DNA of 64,000 nt from Felis catus (taxonomy: Eukaryota): positions 117,988,001 to 118,052,000 of the forward strand of contig NC_058373.1 in assembly GCF_018350175.1 (NCBI RefSeq). The letters are read 5' to 3'. Both the position numbers and the translations under genes were made by a program. Positions 59,078 through 64,000 of this stretch are shown here, in pieces. Position 1 is the stretch's first letter, and each line of letters starts with the position of its first letter. The notes beneath the pieces were generated by a model that saw only the letters and a program-made list of their open reading frames with translations, searched no databases and was not told the origin of the DNA.

Positions 59078-60599
59078 TATCTTTACCCCAGAGTTTTTTC
59101 TTTTAAACAAGTAACTGAAAGGATAACCTAAGTACTAGTTTCCCTCAGGAAAAATATCAAATGTAGCCCGAGTTCACCAGCTGGGCCGAATTCAGGGGGG
59201 CTGCCACTCCCCCGAAAATATAAAATTGCAGCCCAGGAACAGTGGCAGCACAAGGTTCTTTCTGTTCCAAACCCAAGTGGCCTGGCTCACTTCTCTGAAA
59301 GTTCTTCAGAAAAATGGCAGCAAGCATCTCAAGGCGTGAAACAGTCTGCAGCCTGATTCCGTGGTACGCATGCCCACAGAACCTCCACCGCCGCCCGCCC
59401 TAGACCAAGTCACTGTTGGCTTATGCTGGCCAGGGCAGCCATAACCTCTTGTGACATCAGAAAGAGAAGAACTCCTAGGTTAACCAGCCTCATCACTTCA
59501 GACATTCATCACCCCTCTCACTTCCCTCAAGTCGCTGAAGAGCTGGTAGTTAGTAATGAATCGGAGCTTAACAAACTTCAGGAGGACTGACATCCACCAA
59601 CAGTATGGGAATATAACAGCAGAGCTGTTCAAAACAAATCCAATGTTAGTGTGTTTTAGATACAAGGGTAAAGAGAAAGGATCCTCCTTTCTTTCCTGTG
59701 TGGACCCTGCCACCTAATTCATATACTTCGTCTTTCAAAGATTCCAAACCTCACATCATTCCAGTTTTTCTTGGGCTCTCCTCCTCCTGAGGTCCCCAAG
59801 CTGTTAGAGAAAGGCAGGGAAGGACCTCTCCTGAGAAAGCTACGGGGAGCATTTGAGACAACTCTAGAAAAGGTTACCTGGAGACCAGATGATCTTGAAC
59901 TTTAGTTGCCTTGGCAACAGTATGACCCTTTCTACTGAACCTGTAAGGTTAGTCCCAGTCATCAAGGGCTAGCGGTGAATTTTCTGATTCAAAATGGAGA
60001 CTCTTACGTAAATCACTGATGCCACCCAACTCCCAAATGTAATAACTTTATAAATAGATACCTCCTGATGTGATAGAATTGGAAAGTCAGAGTTTCTACA
60101 ATTAAAGATCAGAGGCTAAAGAAGGTTTAAGACGGTTCTCTCACATATTCAGAACTGTAAATACAGGTAAGTTAATTCAGTATTTCACTCCCTTATTCAA
60201 CAGAAACCTGAATAGCTCTTTAAACAGATTTACCTGCTCAGTGAGGGCACGCTCTGCTGGTAGGAGTGTGAGCTGTTACTACCATGGAACCTGGTCAAGA
60301 AGGGGGAAATAACCCTGCTAGATAAGAGGGACTGGAGCCTGGACCACACAGTGGCCAACTGGCAGGAAGAATGATCAGGTCAGCATGATGAATCAGGAAA
60401 CAGCGGGCGGGCCACGAGAGCAGACGACCACTGTAGACCTCTCTCTCACACAAATTCTGCAAACTCTTCCGTCCTTCTCATTCAGCACATTTCCTGTTCC
60501 ATAATGAACATGGAAAGGGGCACTTAGGCTCCCTGGGAATCCAACAGCGCTACATCAACCAGGTGGAAGCTCATAAGTAAGATACAGCTAGTAACTTTT

Positions 60600-61245
60600 T
60601 TTTTTTTTTCAACGTTTTATTTTATTTTGGGGACAGAGAGAGACAGAGCATGAACGGGGGAGGGGCAGAGAGAGAGGGAGACACAGAATCGGAAACAGGC
60701 CCCAGGCTCCGAGCCATCAGCCCGGAGCCCGACGCAGGGCTCGAACTCACGGACCGCGAGATCGTGACCTGACTGAAGGCGGACGCTTAACCGACTGCGC
60801 CACCCAGGCGCCCCAACTTTTTTAAAGTACACTAATTGCATTAAGAAAGAAGTATGTTTCAGGCGTGCCTCGGTGGCCGACTCTTGATTGATTTCAGCTC
60901 AGGTCGTGATCTCGCGGTCACGGGATCCAGCCCCTTGTCGGGCTCCAAGCTGAGCACCGAGCCTGCTTAGGATTCCTTCTCCCTCTCTCTGCCCCTCCCC
61001 CACTCATGCTCACTCTGTCTCTTGGAAATAAACAAACATTAAAAAAACAACCTCTTAAAAACTGAGAACAAACTGAGGGTTGATGGGCGGTGGGAGGGAG
61101 GGGAGGGTGGGTGATGGGTATTGAGGAGGGCACCTTCTGGGATGAGCACTGGGTGTTGTATGGAAACCAATGTGACAATAAATTTCATATTTTAAAAAAT
61201 TTTTAAAAAAATAAAGTACACGCAGAATGTTCAGTATAAAAAAAA
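60600..61245. mobile_element. Young SINEC_Fc (60600-60814, -) and a composite SINE + L1 3' end (60861-61245, +)
   Basis: CpG-rich SINE. L1 3'UTR text directly follows the second SINE's tail. Confidence 0.8.
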
Positions 61246-62175
61246 AAGAACGAGGTATGTTTTATGTACTATTTTAGAAAGATAATTCAAGATTCCGTGA
61301 AAAAAAGCAAGCTGGAGGATAACAGGAATCATACGATCCCTTTAAGGGAGAAAAATAAATACATGATATACTTGTGTAGCACTGAAAATCTCTAGAAGCA
61401 TATAGAAGTATTAGTAATGGTTATGACGGGGGTGGAGAGGGACCTTAACTCGTACCTTACACATTTCTGTACTATTTGAACTGTATATCATGAACACACA
61501 TTGCTTTTTTAATTAATAAATGACTTTTTGAACATGAAAATACAATTTATGGGACTATCCTTTCTAAAGGCAACTGGCACGTGCATCAGGAACCTTTCAA
61601 GATGACTACACTCTCTGGCCTTCTTAGGAGTGGAGTAACTACTGAGAAGGACCAGATTCCACTGGGTTAAAGGCTCCGACTTGGTAGCCAGACTAGCTCG
61701 TTCAGATTCTCCACCGCTGACTGAGTCATCTCAAGCAAATTAATTAGGTTTATGCCTCCACGTCTCTACCTCATACAGCAGGTATGAGGATTAAGTGAAT
61801 CTATTACACGCAGTGCAGAGCATACACTACGTGGCCCACGGTGAACAATCGGCGACATCAGTCAGTAATAGCAGAGGGGTTGTCATTTGCCCTAAGGAAA
61901 CAGGCACAATGTAAACAATACCTTTAAATATACAGAAAATAGAAGAAGGAAAAGATGAAAACCACTACTAAAATAAGCAAAATTAACTAAATGTAAAAAA
62001 TGATCCGTCCTCCGTATAAACGAAAAGCAGACAGCTTTTTTTTTCAAGACGTGTTTTCATAAAACATTTAATGGCATGGGGGAAAACACTAGGCTTCAAT
62101 GTTCCGTGAACAAAGCAAAGTATGTAACTGCACATACGTACACTCTGACCCCAATTCTCTGTTTAAATAAGTAGC

Positions 62176-63885
62176 GGGCACCTGGGTGGCTCAGTCATTA
62201 AGCAGCTGACTCCAGCTCAGGTCATGATCTCACAGTTCCTGAGTTCGAGCTCCACTCCAGGTAAAACACTCCCTGCTTCAAGTGAGGCATGCTTCTCTCT
62301 CTCTTTCTCTCTGCCCCTGTGGGACTACCCCTCGTGGGATTCTCTCTCTCACTCTCTGCCCCTCATTCACTTATGCTCTCTTTCGTTCATTCATACATAC
62401 ATACATACATACGTACGTACATACATACATAGCAAAGACGAGCACCTGGGTGGCTCAGTTGACTGAGTGTCTGACTCTTATTTCAGCTCAGATCACGATC
62501 CCAGGGTTATGGAACTGAGCCCATGTCAGGCTCTGCGCTGACAGCATGGAGCCAGCTTGGGTTTCTCTCTCTCTCCCTCTCTCTCTGCCTGTCCCCCTCC
62601 CCCACGACTGCAAGCGCTGTCTCTCTCAAAATAAACTTTAAAATAAACAAATAGCAAAGAGGGGCACCAGGGTGGCTCATTCACTTGAGTGTCCAACTCT
62701 TGATATTGGCTCAGGTCATAATTCCAGGGTCATGGGATCGAACCCCAAGCACAGTGAGCATGCAGCCTGCTTGAGATTCTGTTTCCCTCTCTCTAAAATT
62801 AAAACAAACAAATAAGTAGCAAAGACTCACATACCACCATTTATCTACTTTTTCATACTTAGCTTATATTATTTTGCCATTACAAAAGAATATGCTACTC
62901 ACATCCCCTCTAAAGGTCTCCTATGTTCCTGTAGAAGAGTTTAAGATAAATTCCTAGAGATGATACACCTAGAATATATATTACTCATATCTTCACCTAC
63001 ACTAGATATTTCTAAATCGCATTTCAAAACAGTTGTACTAATTTTGTTTATTTTTAATTAATTTTTTTTTTAGTAACTTCTATGCTCAATGGGGCTCAAT
63101 CTCATGACCCCAAGATCAAGAGTCGCACATTCTACCAACTGAGCCAGTCAGAAGCCATGGTTGTACTAATTTTAACTTCAACTGGCAGGTTTTGTTTCTG
63201 TTTGTTTTGTTTGTTTGTTTAGAGAGAGAGTGTGTGGGAGAGGGGCAGACAAAGAGAGAGGGAATCTTAAACAGGCTCCCCGCTCAGCACAAAGCCCAAC
63301 ACAAAGCTGGATCCCACGACCCTGGGATCATCACCTGAGGGGAAATCAAGAGTCCCAATGCTCAACAGACTGAGCCGCCCAGGTGTCCAGGTGCCCCCCG
63401 CCCCCGCCCCCGCCACCACCATGGGAAGTCAGTAAGAGTCTGCACTGCTTCACATCCTTTTGGACATTTTCTTGCCAGACTTTTCAGTGTTTGCCCTCAT
63501 ACCGCTGGGGTTTTCATTTGAGTTTCTTTGATCCCTAGAGAGCTGAGATTTCTATATTTGTGCATCCCAGTTTTGATCCCCTCATTTGTGATTTGTGTCT
63601 GCATGTTCTTAAAAGTTTATACACTTTCTCCTGACAATATTCCTGTACATCTTATCTAAGATAAAGAGAAATTGGGGCGCCGGGGTCGCTCAGTCAGTTA
63701 AGCGTCTGACTTCGGCTCAGGTCACGATCTCACGGTTCGTGAGTTCGAGCCCCATGTCAGGCTCTGTGCTGACAGCTCAGAGCCTGGAGCCTGCTTCAAA
63801 TTTTGTGTCTCCCTCTCTCTCTGCCCCTCCCCAGCTTGCACTCTGTCTCTCTCTCTCAAAAATAAGCATTAAAAAAAATTTTTTT
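62176..63885. mobile_element. Can-SINE cluster (three + copies 62176-62815; - copies about 63060-63155 and 63190-63398; + copy 63674-63885)
   Basis: Consensus match. (CATA)n tail at about 62390-62430. TSD ataaagagaaatt for the last copy. Confidence 0.85.
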
Positions 63886-64000
63886 TAAATAAAGAGAAAT
63901 TTACATAGGAAAAAAAATTACATTTGTCATATTAGAACATACCACTTCGTGAAGTGTTTCTACTGAGTTAGCGAGGAATAGGACAAAGCTAAGAATACCA

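Noticed and set aside
1198..63885. tRNA-like A/B boxes and many SINE-derived ORFs (for example ...TSAQVMIS...SDSVSPSL)
   Set aside because: These are tRNA-derived Can-SINE heads and recurring SINE translations, not tRNA genes or proteins.

Overview
Mammalian genomic DNA. Dense tRNA-derived Can-SINEs of the SINEC_Fc type point to a cat-like carnivore (Felidae). The window holds two tail-to-tail genes. DCAF4 (WDR21A, + strand) is complete: CpG-island promoter at about 6.8-7.7 kb, non-coding exon 1, and 13 coding exons from 20021 to 38429 that splice to an intact 495-aa ORF, with a polyA signal at 39280. ZFYVE1 (DFCP1, - strand) is partial: its last 8 coding exons (55112 to 46146) encode 376 aa including both FYVE fingers. 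Structure beyond these genes: (1) a decayed processed pseudogene of CIBAR1/FAM92A in DCAF4 intron 1, inserted into an old L1 and itself interrupted by an ERV LTR+PBS fragment, a Tigger-type MITE and a SINE; (2) a U12-type intron in DCAF4 with a competing, apparently unproductive U2-type acceptor 40 nt upstream; (3) a GC-AG intron in DCAF4; (4) a candidate internal promoter and first exon for a 362-aa short ZFYVE1, carrying an ATG-TAG minimal uORF; (5) an RFX X-box plus bZIP palindrome in a ZFYVE1 intron. Gene and repeat names come from my recall of the orthologous proteins and repeat consensi, not from database searches. Repeat boundaries are approximate.
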